A model generated the notes under the pieces. That model was not told the DNA's origin. It was given only the letters and a program-made list of their open reading frames with translations, and searched no databases. A program made the translations under genes and the position numbers. Below are positions 17,674 to 26,910 of a stretch of 64,000 bases of DNA, piece by piece; the stretch's first letter is position 1; the number at the start of each line of letters is the position of its first letter. Source of the DNA: an uncultured Candidatus Bathyarchaeia archaeon (GTDB taxonomy: Archaea; Thermoproteota; Bathyarchaeia; Bathyarchaeales; DTEX01); NCBI GenBank assembly GCA_964465575.1, contig CAYXIF010000002.1, positions 10,824-74,823 of the forward strand, in the 5' to 3' direction.

Positions 17674-18495
17674 TCAGAAGAGGATGTAGCCTCCGCAGAC
17701 TGAGATGCATTGTCCAGTGACGTAGTCTGAGAGGTCAGTTACGAGGAACTCCATGACTTTGGCGACATCTTCAGAAGTGCCTAGACGCCCCAAAGGTATC
17801 TGTTTCTCAAGCCCTTCCGCGGTCTTCCCGGTTCTTCCTTCAGCGATGGCCCTTGAAGTGCTTATCCAACCCGGCGCTATACAGTTGACGTTGATGTTGT
17901 AGGGTCCGAGCTCTGCAGCCAAGCATCTCGTGTAATGGATGATCGCAGCTTTCGCAACACTGTAGGGCATCGCCTTAGCCATTTCCGGGGCCACGTGCAA
18001 GCCGGCTTGGGATGCGATGTTGACGATTTTCCCAGATCTCTGTCTTTTCATTGGCACACTTGCGGCTTGGCAACACATGATCGTGCCAGTCAGGTTGACA
18101 TCCATAATGAACTTATGGTCTTCCATCGAGGCTGATGAAGGAAACGTGACAGGAGACCCGGCCTTCGGACCTAGTCGGTTAAGGTTCCCGCCGGCGTTGT
18201 TTACAAGGATATCGAGCCGAGAGAATTCGCCAAGAATCTGCTGGATCATCGCTTCGACCTTGTCCTTTACTGTTACGTCGGTTTGTATCCCTATCGACCG
18301 CCTGCCCATTCTTCCTATCTCGTCCATCACGGTTGGAGCTGTGAGTTCCTCGCCGTATTCCTTCGCGGACTCTAGGTTGATGTCATTTATGACTACGTCG
18401 GCGCCCAACTTAGCGAGGTGAAGGGCATAAGCACGTCCAAGCCCTCTGCCCGCACCCGTCACTAAAGCGACCTTGCCCGCAAGCTTTGAGCACAT
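17674..18495 (-). CDS. Short-chain dehydrogenase/reductase (SDR, FabG-like)
   Basis: Has VTGAGRGLGRAYA (TGxxxGxG), NNAG, and YSVAKAA (YxxxK). Confidence 0.85.
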   Translation of the reverse strand: MCSKLAGKVALVTGAGRGLGRAYALHLAKLGADVVINDINLESAKEYGEELTAPTVMDEIGRMGRRSIGIQTDVTVKDKVEAMIQQILGEFSRLDILVNNAGGNLNRLGPKAGSPVTFPSSASMEDHKFIMDVNLTGTIMCCQAASVPMKRQRSGKIVNIASQAGLHVAPEMAKAMPYSVAKAAIIHYTRCLAAELGPYNINVNCIAPGWISTSRAIAEGRTGKTAEGLEKQIPLGRLGTSEDVAKVMEFLVTDLSDYVTGQCISVCGGYILF

Positions 18496-18539
18496 AAGTA
18501 ACCCTCAATTCCACAGCAGTTTGATATCAGCCCGGGCTT

Positions 18540-19220
18540 TCAAAAACCTTGCGCTTGGCGCATGTGTGGCGTCCTCACCGCTTCTATTAAGGTAATTGTC
18601 TCGAAGGCCACCTCGCGTTGCGCCAGAATTCCTGCCATGAGTCCCTGTGCCTTCAGTTCTTCCAATGTCCTCTCAACGCCTGATAAAGTTGACTGAACGA
18701 GCAGAACTCGGCCTTTGAGGTTCATGTGTCGAGACACATCAGCGACAAAGCGGTCTATGGTTTCCCTTCCTCCCCTGCCGCCTGACCACGCATAGTCTAC
18801 CCAGTCTACCCGTTCATCTTCTTCCGTCGGCAGATACGGCGCATTGAACAGGATTAGATCGAACAGCACATTCTCTCTTAAGGGTCTGAAGAGGTCTCCG
18901 CATACCACATCCAATCTCTCAGAAACGCCGTTGGCTTTTGCGTTCCTGTGTGAACACCTTGCCGCGTTGGGGTTTATGTCCAGTGCCACGACATGCTTGG
19001 CTTTGGATGCGGTAAGAACCGCAAGTATTCCGCATCCGGTTCCGATGTCTAGGACCGCGTCTCCCTTTTCTGGTTTTAGGTTGCTGGCCAAGAGAAGCGT
19101 GTCCTCAGCCGGTTCATAGACTTCCTTATCGATGTCGAAAGCCTTCCCATCAAAGAATACCTTTCTGGTCACATTCTGTTCTTCCTTTGTCACTTTTAGA
19201 GCCAGCTGTCTAGTATTCAT
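18540..19220 (-). CDS. HemK/Mtq2-like SAM-dependent methyltransferase (N5-glutamine methyltransferase family)
   Basis: Has VLDIGTGCGILAV (SAM motif I) and FNAPYLPT, an NPPY-type motif that here reads NAPY. Confidence 0.8.
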   Translation of the reverse strand: MNTRQLALKVTKEEQNVTRKVFFDGKAFDIDKEVYEPAEDTLLLASNLKPEKGDAVLDIGTGCGILAVLTASKAKHVVALDINPNAARCSHRNAKANGVSERLDVVCGDLFRPLRENVLFDLILFNAPYLPTEEDERVDWVDYAWSGGRGGRETIDRFVADVSRHMNLKGRVLLVQSTLSGVERTLEELKAQGLMAGILAQREVAFETITLIEAVRTPHMRQAQGF

Positions 19221-19283
19221 GTCTTCTGGTGTCCAATGTACAGCAATCTATATGGCTTGGAATAGCGCAAGCAGTGGAGCAGC

Positions 19284-19988
19284 TCAGGTCAAGTCAGTGA
19301 CAAGACGAACGGTCTGTCTCCACAAGGTGTTGTTCGAGAAGTAGTAGTCCCAAGTCCTTGCTAAGCTAATACAGCGTTCGAGACTTTCAACGGTCAAGTG
19401 GAAGTGCAGGTTTTCCATGTGGTCATGTATCTCCTCAAGCTCGCCAGCCTTTAGTTCTTCCATGAAGGCGTTGCGCAGTTTCGTGTCAACTGGTATCTCG
19501 AACCCATAGCCTTTCATGTTCTTCTTTGAGATTGCTGGTCTGACTGTCCACCTGGCATTTCCTATCACCAGTATCATGTGAAGGGTGAATGGCCCTATGG
19601 TTTTCAGCCAGATGCCGCTTCCTGCGTACCTCCATTTCTCTTCTAATCCTCTGACGGATCTCACGAACTCCTCTATGTCTAGGAATCTGACGAACTCTGC
19701 CAACTCTCTGTCACTTAGCTTGTCGAGGGCTGAGACGAGGTTCTTCTGTTCATCAGGGACGTAGAGGTCAGGGTGCATGCGCTTAAGGATGAAGAGCTTC
19801 TCTACGTGCCTGTGTCGTGTAACATAAATGTAGATGGCAATGCCCTCTTTTGGGAGGTCCCTTCTCTCGATGATGGAGCTGAAGCTCCTCTTGCGAAAGT
19901 TCACGTAGAATGGAGGAACCTCAAGTACGGAGTTGATGCTACCAAGGCGGAACTCAATCCTTCCTATCTGAGCCTCAGTTCCCGACAT
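19284..19988 (-). CDS. Hypothetical protein (234 aa), no recognisable domain
   Basis: Long ORF on the same strand and tightly spaced with its neighbours. No motif recognised. Confidence 0.55.
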   Translation of the reverse strand: MSGTEAQIGRIEFRLGSINSVLEVPPFYVNFRKRSFSSIIERRDLPKEGIAIYIYVTRHRHVEKLFILKRMHPDLYVPDEQKNLVSALDKLSDRELAEFVRFLDIEEFVRSVRGLEEKWRYAGSGIWLKTIGPFTLHMILVIGNARWTVRPAISKKNMKGYGFEIPVDTKLRNAFMEELKAGELEEIHDHMENLHFHLTVESLERCISLARTWDYYFSNNTLWRQTVRLVTDLT

Positions 19989-20013
19989 TGCCCCTCTACC
20001 AACTTATCAGACT

Positions 20014-20271
20014 CTAAGGTTGAGGCGGCTTGATGAGCTTCGCGTACTGTGTGATCTTCAAGGGTTCACCGTACAGTGCGATGGCAGTACGAAGAGACGC
20101 GATGGAGATGCGGAGGTAGGGAGCTAAATCAGCGTATTCTGGGTTGCTTTCAACCAGTGACTCCAGAGCCTCTGGCCTCTCCATGGTTATGTCAAGTTTC
20201 TTGCTTAGCTCTTCGATGCCAGAGCTCTCCTCTGACTCCATCGTCACCCACGTGCCTTGGGTTTGTGCCAA
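20014..20271 (-). CDS. Hypothetical small acidic protein (85 aa)
   Basis: The ORF ends 25 nt upstream of the start of the 234-aa ORF on the same strand. It has an acidic N-terminal half ([17 protein letters not shown]). An alternative start is the internal Met 11. Confidence 0.45.
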   Translation of the reverse strand: MAQTQGTWVTMESEESSGIEELSKKLDITMERPEALESLVESNPEYADLAPYLRISIASLRTAIALYGEPLKITQYAKLIKPPQP

Positions 20272-20436
20272 CGTCTATCATCGATGTATGTCTTGAGGTT
20301 TTCGCTTTCCAAGGAGATGTAAGTGTTTTGCCGCTCAAAGAGCCAGATCGCCTGAAAGGCTGATATAGCCTGAACGCTGTAAGCCTTACTTTAGTGGTCG
20401 CGGTTGAGCGTGATAGATGCACACGTTCATTATCCT

Positions 20437-21501
20437 CTAGTGCAGGGACTTGGCGCCTTCTCCGCCGACGCCTCTATCATTATAGGCGATGGGAGAAGCT
20501 AGGAAATCAATGTGTGGTGAATGGAGTATGCGTTCTAGGGCTCTGTGGCCTGAGTGTTGAAGGACGTAAGGGAACATTCCGCCGTAGGAAAGATAGCCAT
20601 AGAAGGCTCCCACTATCTTCATCTGCCTTGTCCGCTGCTTTATGAACTCTGCAAAATAGAGGAGCCTGTCAGCCATGAACTGGGAAGAGAAACGGTAGTA
20701 GTCGATGACTTGCTTGCTGAGTGAGGGGTCTCTGAACCCGTAGAGGTCGGTCTGTAGTCTTTGCTCTTTGCTGGGAATCTGTGCAGAATGAAAATCAACT
20801 TCGGCGTCTTTCCAATTATGTCTCAATGAAGTGACATCATTGTTGTATTGGTCTCGAAGCCACATCCGGAAAGCCACAGCCGTGTGAGGAGAATAGTCCC
20901 CAAACCTGTTGTCGAAGGTCCCCCAGTATATCCATTCAGTTCCCCAGCCCGCTCCAACCTGGTAGCCTACTACACGGTCGCCGTGTGGTCCTTTCGCAAC
21001 GTGATCGAGGAATCCTTCCAGTACGTCCGTTGCCTCTTTTCTCCAGACTTCCGACGCGAAGGATTGCCTCTCCTTTTTGATGTAGAGACGGTCTTCGATT
21101 TTGTCTATGTATTGAAGGTTGCAGAACCGGTCTAGGGCCTCGCGGTCTCCTACTTCATCTGCGTAGATCGTTAGTTCGTCAGGATGCTCCGTCTCCCACC
21201 ATAGTGGAGGATCTACAACCACATGGGGTAGAATCCAAGCGTTCGGGTCGACATCTCTTATGTTCGCCATGGCCTTGTCTAGAGACGGATATCGGGGCTG
21301 CTGGCCAGGTCTGGGCCACCCTTCACTCATAAGCCTGTAGTAGAACCGGTAAAGATGCACATTCCCTGTGCCGATGTCCGCCAGATAACTCTTTTCGGGT
21401 GGGTTCGTGACCGCTATTGTATGAATCAATGGCGCCGTTGGCTCCCCATCTATGAACAGTGTTGGGACGCCTTTCCAGCTTCTCACATATGCAACGGGCA
21501 T
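20437..21501 (-). CDS. Glycoside-hydrolase-like TIM-barrel protein (GH42-like region); possibly C-terminally truncated
   Basis: Has SFASEVWRKEATDVLEGFLDHV...VVGYQVGAGWGTEWIYWG...SPHTAVAFRMWLRDQYNNDVTSLRHNWKD, which resembles the sugar-hydrolase motif ..F..WL...Y.....L...W. The ORF stops at ..RGVGGEGAKSLH, where I would expect such proteins to continue. Confidence 0.5.
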   Translation of the reverse strand: MPVAYVRSWKGVPTLFIDGEPTAPLIHTIAVTNPPEKSYLADIGTGNVHLYRFYYRLMSEGWPRPGQQPRYPSLDKAMANIRDVDPNAWILPHVVVDPPLWWETEHPDELTIYADEVGDREALDRFCNLQYIDKIEDRLYIKKERQSFASEVWRKEATDVLEGFLDHVAKGPHGDRVVGYQVGAGWGTEWIYWGTFDNRFGDYSPHTAVAFRMWLRDQYNNDVTSLRHNWKDAEVDFHSAQIPSKEQRLQTDLYGFRDPSLSKQVIDYYRFSSQFMADRLLYFAEFIKQRTRQMKIVGAFYGYLSYGGMFPYVLQHSGHRALERILHSPHIDFLASPIAYNDRGVGGEGAKSLH

Positions 21502-21839
21502 AACTCAGTCTCCTGAGCAGATTGTGCTACTATTGCCTTTCTTTCAGATTAACTTGATTGTTCTAGCTCTGCTAAGAAAGGAACGTGGACCGAACTTAAG
21601 AAACATTTGTCTTAGCCTTCTTCTCTTGAAAGAAACTCACATCTAGCTTCTCGGCTCGCACCGTAGACATTTATGGCCCACTTTACATGAAGGCGCATCC
21701 TAGCAACGTTCAACCCCGATACCTTGAATGACTGGAAGAGAAGAGCACAAATTCCATCAGAAAAGATGCGGTATTCTTCAGTAACGTGAACAGATCTATT
21801 TCATGCCGTTCTGATCTTCTGAGTCGATTGGTTCATAGC

Positions 21840-21869
21840 TTTTTTTCGCGCTGTGCGCAGAAAAAAAAA
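21840..21869. repeat. T-run / GC-clamp / A-run hairpin
   Basis: The sequence is TTTTTTT-C-GCGC-TGT-GCGC-A-G-AAAAAAAAA. GCGC (21848..21851) pairs with GCGC (21855..21858). C21847 pairs with G21860, leaving A21859 bulged. T21840-46 pair with A21861-67. Confidence 0.8.
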
Positions 21870-21943
21870 TTTTCCTTAAATACTTTTGAAACTTCAACGG
21901 GAAAGGCTGGAAACTTTGAAGTCAACAACCGAAGTTCTTGAAT

Positions 21944-21987
21944 GTTGAAGAATCCTTGGCAGACCAGGGATTTCGTTGAAGAATCCT
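21944..21987. repeat. Two exact 13-nt direct repeats, GTTGAAGAATCCT, spaced 31 bp start to start
   Basis: The copies are at 21944..21956 and 21975..21987. They lie within a ~110-bp stretch that also contains further TTGAAG/CTTCAA-type words (TTTGAAACTTCAA, ACTTTGAAGTCAAC, GAAGTTCTTGAA). Confidence 0.9.
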
Positions 21988-22293
21988 CAGCAAACCTGCT
22001 GCGAAACCTTTGTTGTTGCATGAACACACAGATGCGGTCAGACTCGTTGACAGTGAGGTCTGTAAATGGATAAGAGAGAACCTGGCCCCGCTAGTTCAGG
22101 CTTTAGGGACGAGAATGAATATGTTCGCAAGAAAGCGGAAGAGGCTTTGTTGCTCTTCTCGTCCCAATCAGACGGCTAGCTATCGGATGATTGTTCAGGT
22201 CCTATTTCTGGACTCCACTCTAATCGAGGAGGATTTATATCGTTGGTCTTCTTTTCAAATAAGATGTGTCAGTCATTTAGAAGTACTTTGTCC

Positions 22294-23370
22294 ATGTGGG
22301 CTTATGCTTTGAAGTCGAAGAAGCGTGTTTTGAAAGCCTTGGCTTACGAGGAGACTGACCGTGTTCCGATTGATTGCTGGGCAACACGACACATTGACAG
22401 TCTGCTCTGTAAGCATTTCGGGGTCGAGTCAAGAGAGGAGGTTCTCAGGAAGCTGGAAGTAGATCTTCGTTACGTTTTTCCTGAGTATGCTGGACCAGAG
22501 CTAAGAACCTATGCCGATGGAAGCTATGATGATGTTTGGGGAGTCCGCCGAAAAAGGGTGGAAACGAGTATGGGGGAATATGACCACGAAATCTCTAATC
22601 CGTTGAGTTCGATAAGCACAATTGAGGAGCTAGAGGTTTGGACCCCTCCTTCTCCTGACTGGTATGATTATGATTCTCTGAAACGCCAGTGCGAACGTTT
22701 CCGTGATTACGCGACTGTTCTGGTCGATAAAAGAACAAATCGAACAAGCGTTCTGCATGCCGCAATATATCTTCGAGGGATGCGGCAAGCCCTTATGGAC
22801 CTGTTCATAAGGCCGGATTTCACGAGGAGACTATACAGGAAGATAACTGACTTCTATCTGGAAGTAAACCGTCGTTGCTTCGAAGCAGCGGGAGATGGCA
22901 TCGATATATTCATGATAGGCGACGACCTTGGAACACAAGACAGCCTAATCGTTTCTCCAAGAATAATTCGGGAATTCTTGAAACCGGTACTGGCGGAACA
23001 TGCCCGGCTTGCTGTAAAGTATGGGCTTTATGTTATGCTGCATACATGCGGGTCCATCCGCAACATCATCCCCGACTTAATTGAACTTGGAGTCGACATA
23101 TTGAACCCCATACAAGTGCGAGCCAAGAATATGAATCCTGAGGAAATAAAAGTTGAATTTGGTGACAAACTCTGTTTTCACGGAGCAGTGGACGTTCAGT
23201 GGACTCTGCCATATGGAACTACTAAGGACGTTCGTGCAGAAGTGAGAGAGCGGATCAAAACGTTGGGGAAGGGAGGCGGATACATTCTATGCTCCACGCA
23301 TAACATACAGGCAGGCACTCCTCTCGAAAACATTCTCGCCATGTACAAAGAAGCGAAAAGAAGAGCCTAA
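22294..23370 (+). CDS. URO-D family protein, MtaA/CmuA-like methyltransferase paralogue 2
   Basis: Has KRVLKALAYEETDRVPID at the N-terminus, MLHTCGSIRNIIPDLIELGVDILNPIQ, and GGGYILCSTHNIQ. ATG at 22294 was chosen; the track ORF starts at TTG 22243. Confidence 0.7.
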   Translation: MWAYALKSKKRVLKALAYEETDRVPIDCWATRHIDSLLCKHFGVESREEVLRKLEVDLRYVFPEYAGPELRTYADGSYDDVWGVRRKRVETSMGEYDHEISNPLSSISTIEELEVWTPPSPDWYDYDSLKRQCERFRDYATVLVDKRTNRTSVLHAAIYLRGMRQALMDLFIRPDFTRRLYRKITDFYLEVNRRCFEAAGDGIDIFMIGDDLGTQDSLIVSPRIIREFLKPVLAEHARLAVKYGLYVMLHTCGSIRNIIPDLIELGVDILNPIQVRAKNMNPEEIKVEFGDKLCFHGAVDVQWTLPYGTTKDVRAEVRERIKTLGKGGGYILCSTHNIQAGTPLENILAMYKEAKRRA

Positions 23371-23733
23371 CTATGGCAACTTTGGATCTAGTGAACAATC
23401 ATTGCTGAGCTATCTTGGAGATAGAATGATCCTGTTTCAAGAAACTGGCGTTGTCATTGGTTAGGATTGATTTTGGTATGTCATATTACTTTCCTCTCAA
23501 CGAAGTTTTCCATTAATAACATTGTTTTGATGGATTCCGTTAATGGGGATCATCTGAAGAGAATAGGGATGTATCAGTCCTGAGTCATTCTTATTTCCAT
23601 AGAACGGCTATGAACAAACCAAGAAAACGTGGAACGCACAACAAGGAGCCAAACGCGAATTGGAGCCAGACAAGAAATGGAGTAACCCATTAAAGGTTTA
23701 GTTGTCCATTCATGAATTGAGGAAGGACGGCGG

Positions 23734-25257
23734 ATGACGGAGAAGTTCATAGCAACCGTAGACCAAGGTACAACCGGGACCCGTTTCATGGTCTTCGGGA
23801 AGGATGGGGAAATTGTTGCACAACGATACGAGGAACACAGGCAGTTCTATCCCAAGCCAGGCTGGGTGGAGCATGACCCACTGGAGATATGGAACAGAAC
23901 TCAGAAGATAATAAGAGAGACTATTGACGAATTCAGGATCAGCTCTAGTGAAATAGCCGCGCTAGGGGTCACAAATCAGAGGGAGACGACGGTCATATGG
24001 GATCTAAAGACTGGAAAACCGTGTTACAATGCGATTGTCTGGCAGTGCACCCGCACGAGGGAGATATGCGAGGAACTCAAGGACAAGGGGCTGGAACCTC
24101 TGATAAGCGAAAAGACCGGATTGTACGCCTACACCTATTTCTCAGGCCCGAAGATGAAGTGGATATTGGACAATGTGCCGGGCGTTAAGGAGAAGGCTGA
24201 AAGGGGCGAGGCTGTTTTCGGGAACATGGACACATGGATCATATGGAACCTTACCGGAGGGCCTGACGGAGGTGCCCACATCACTGACTGCACCAACGCC
24301 TCTAGAACAATGCTTATGAACCTGAGAACTCTTGACTGGGATGACGAACTCTTAGAGGAGCTTGAGATACCGTCCGATATGCTTCCAGAGATCAAACCGT
24401 CTTCCTATAAGGAGACGTACGGAAACGCAAGGAAAGACGGAGTTTTCAAGTCGGAGGTCCCTGTCTGCGGAGATATTGGAGACCAGCAAGCCGCTCTGGT
24501 CGGTCAGACCTGCTTCGAGAGGGGAGAAACCAAGAACACTTACGGAACGGGTTGTTTCGTGTTGATGAATACGGGTCCTAGTCCTGTTCAGTCTAGACAT
24601 GGCCTGCTTACTACGTGTGCGTATGGTTTCGAGAAGAAGAGGTGTACATATGCCTTGGAAGGTTCAGTGGCTATCGCGGGTGGAGCCATTCAATGGTTGA
24701 GGGATAACATGAAGATGATTAGCTCCGCCTCCGAAACTGAAGTCATCGCAGAGTCGGTCCGTCAGGAGGGGTCAGGAGGCATATATTTCGTGCCAGCCTT
24801 CAGTGGGCTCTTCGCTCCGTACTGGGACATGTACGCCCGAGGCTGCATCGTAGGCATAACAGCGTTCACAAGGAGGGAACACTTGGTTCATGCTGCTCTT
24901 GAGGCAATCTGTTATCAAACGAGGGATGTTTTGGACGCAATGATAGAGGACTCTGGGGTAGACCTCAGCGAATTGAGGGTTAACGGAGGCGCCTCGGGGA
25001 ATAATTATCTCATGCAGCTTCAGTCAGACATACTAGGTGCAAGAGTTGTTCGACCAACAGTCACTGAAACGACATCTCTTGGAGCGGCCTATGCTGCAGG
25101 ATTAGCTGTGGGCTTCTGGGAAGACCTAGATGAGATAAAACGCAACTGGAAGGTCAATAGGATCTTCACTCCGTCGTGGTCCAACGAGAGAAGAGACACG
25201 TCGTACACAGGTTGGAAAAGAGCAGTCCAGCGAAGCCGAGGCTGGGTTGAACAGTAG
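23734..25257 (+). CDS. glpK: Glycerol kinase
   Basis: Has KFIATVDQGTTGTRFMVF, GVTNQRETTVIWD, KNTYGTGCF and VNGGASGNNYLMQLQSDILG. This is the canonical GlpK/FGGY signature order. Confidence 0.95.
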   Translation: MTEKFIATVDQGTTGTRFMVFGKDGEIVAQRYEEHRQFYPKPGWVEHDPLEIWNRTQKIIRETIDEFRISSSEIAALGVTNQRETTVIWDLKTGKPCYNAIVWQCTRTREICEELKDKGLEPLISEKTGLYAYTYFSGPKMKWILDNVPGVKEKAERGEAVFGNMDTWIIWNLTGGPDGGAHITDCTNASRTMLMNLRTLDWDDELLEELEIPSDMLPEIKPSSYKETYGNARKDGVFKSEVPVCGDIGDQQAALVGQTCFERGETKNTYGTGCFVLMNTGPSPVQSRHGLLTTCAYGFEKKRCTYALEGSVAIAGGAIQWLRDNMKMISSASETEVIAESVRQEGSGGIYFVPAFSGLFAPYWDMYARGCIVGITAFTRREHLVHAALEAICYQTRDVLDAMIEDSGVDLSELRVNGGASGNNYLMQLQSDILGARVVRPTVTETTSLGAAYAAGLAVGFWEDLDEIKRNWKVNRIFTPSWSNERRDTSYTGWKRAVQRSRGWVEQ

Positions 25258-25265
25258 TTTCCTGG

Positions 25266-25661
25266 TCAAGCCTCCTCAACCTCTCTCGTAGCGATTATGT
25301 CCACGCCCAAGTTTAGAATGTTCCTAACGATGACGTCTCCCATCTTGACGGGCGCTGGCACGACCAGTTTGGCTAGTTCCGATGCGCATGGCAGAAGCAT
25401 CTCCTTCGGCACAGGCTTCGTTGAGCGTACTGATGTTAGGGGCGTCTCGGGCCTCCCACAAACTCGAACTGTTGAGAAGAAGTCTCTCTTGGGCGATTTG
25501 ATCTCTTCTATGCTGTAGTCCTCCCCTCTTTTGCAGCCAGCATTTTCAATCTTGACTACGTCCGTGTTCTCGAGGGTTACGGTTATTTTACATCCTTCTG
25601 GACATAGAACGCAAATGACTTCTTGGATTCTCTCCTTTTTCATGCAAGGTTCTTCTTTCAT
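25266..25661 (-). CDS. DUF1667-domain protein (small subunit of the archaeal/anaerobic glycerol-3-phosphate dehydrogenase-like gene set)
   Basis: Has VICVLCPEGCKITV...ENAGCKRGEDY. It is the last gene of a three-gene same-strand set. The start may be the internal Met (MKKERIQ). Confidence 0.7.
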   Translation of the reverse strand: MKEEPCMKKERIQEVICVLCPEGCKITVTLENTDVVKIENAGCKRGEDYSIEEIKSPKRDFFSTVRVCGRPETPLTSVRSTKPVPKEMLLPCASELAKLVVPAPVKMGDVIVRNILNLGVDIIATREVEEA

Positions 25662-26910
25662 GATGCAGACTCACCACTAGTTCGTTCTCCTCACCTATCT
25701 TCTCTAACATCCTCTCTGTCAGTTCAACTTGGGCGACTTGAGAAGGTTTGACAATACGCTTAGGCACAGTGATGTTTCGCCCTATTCCTATCTTAACATT
25801 CGTGGCTGGCCTCCGAACACGCAAGTGAATCTCTAAAGGATTCTCTCCGCTGATCAACTGAGGCACAACATACTCTATATCCCTTCCAGCCGCGAGAGAG
25901 ATTTCTCTCTTCATGGGAGGCAATTCGCCCCTTGCGTATTTTGAAGCACAATACCCCGCCCTTTCACCTTCTGCAGTAACTTGGTCAACAAGATCGTGAA
26001 CATAGACAACGTTTCCACAGGCAAAGATCCCATCAATGGAGGCTTCCATGTACTCATTGATGAGGGGTCCACCAGTTTTCGAATCAAGTTCTATGAAAGC
26101 CTTCTTTGATAACTCGTTCTCTGGGATTAACCCGACAGAAAGAATGAGCGTGTCGCATTCAATCCGCTTCTCACTTCCAGCTACTGAACTTTCATTCTCG
26201 CCGCGCTCCATTATCGTTACGGCTTCAACCCTTTCATCCCCATGAATGAACGTTGCCTCATGGCTTAGATAGATGGGAATGCCGAAGTCTGTGAGGCATT
26301 GAAGGTTTCTGTCCAGTCCACCTGGGAAGGGCATAATCTCAACCACACCTTTAACCTCAGCTCCTTCCATGGCGAACCTCCTGGCCATTATGAGCCCTAC
26401 GTCTCCTGAGCCGAGTATCAACACCTTTTTGCCCGGTACATAACCATCGATGTCCATGAGCCGTTGCGCTGTTCCAGCGGTAAAGATTCCTGCGGGTCTT
26501 GTCCCAGGAATGCATAGAGCTCCTCGACTCTTCTCTCGGCATCCCATTGCCAGTATGACCGCTTTCGCTTGGAGCTTCAACAGGCCATCTGTCCGGTTAG
26601 CTGCCAAGACCCCTTTTCCCACTCCTCCCTTAGAGTTGAGGTCGAAGGCCATCGTATCAGTCTTGTACTCGATTCCAGAATCCTTCACTTTCTTGACAAA
26701 TCGGGTGATATATTCTGGACCTGTCAGATTCTCTTTGAAATAATGTAGTCCAAAGCCTGTGTGGATGCATTGGGGTAGAATGCCACCCAGATCTTCATTC
26801 CGTTCAAGGATCAGTATGGAGTCGATGCCGTTTTCCTTTGCTTCGATGGCGGCAGCTAAGCCAGCAGCCCCGCCTCCGATCACGATAATGTCTACTTCTT
26901 TCCTTTCCAT
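25588..26910 (-). CDS. FAD/NAD(P)-binding pyridine-nucleotide-disulfide oxidoreductase family protein
   Basis: Has two dinucleotide-binding motifs, IIVIGGGAAGLAAA and VLILGSGDVGLIMA, and FACGNVVYVHD near the C-terminus. Confidence 0.75.
   Translation of the reverse strand: MERKEVDIIVIGGGAAGLAAAIEAKENGIDSILILERNEDLGGILPQCIHTGFGLHYFKENLTGPEYITRFVKKVKDSGIEYKTDTMAFDLNSKGGVGKGVLAANRTDGLLKLQAKAVILAMGCREKSRGALCIPGTRPAGIFTAGTAQRLMDIDGYVPGKKVLILGSGDVGLIMARRFAMEGAEVKGVVEIMPFPGGLDRNLQCLTDFGIPIYLSHEATFIHGDERVEAVTIMERGENESSVAGSEKRIECDTLILSVGLIPENELSKKAFIELDSKTGGPLINEYMEASIDGIFACGNVVYVHDLVDQVTAEGERAGYCASKYARGELPPMKREISLAAGRDIEYVVPQLISGENPLEIHLRVRRPATNVKIGIGRNITVPKRIVKPSQVAQVELTERMLEKIGEENELVVSLHHERRTLHEKGENPRSHLRSMSRRM

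Noticed and set aside
20192-20422. Track ORF 20192..20422 (-), considered as a frameshifted continuation of the GH-like gene.
   Set aside because: The translation (..STATTKVRLTAFRLYQPFRRSGSLSGKTL..) shows no glycosidase-like motifs, and it overlaps the 85-aa gene.
21840-21990. Possible replication origin: an A/T run next to a CTGGAAAC word that resembles the archaeal ORB core.
   Set aside because: Only one ORB-like word is present, with no inverted ORB pair. No orc1/cdc6 gene is adjacent, and the A/T run is only ~30 bp. It is reported instead as a hairpin plus repeat array of unknown role.
25588-25661. The 74-nt overlap between the FAD/NAD oxidoreductase ORF and the DUF1667 ORF, considered as a possible frameshift or fusion.
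   Set aside because: Both ORFs are complete with their own stops. The DUF1667 gene probably starts at the internal Met, and short overlaps are normal in this operon type.
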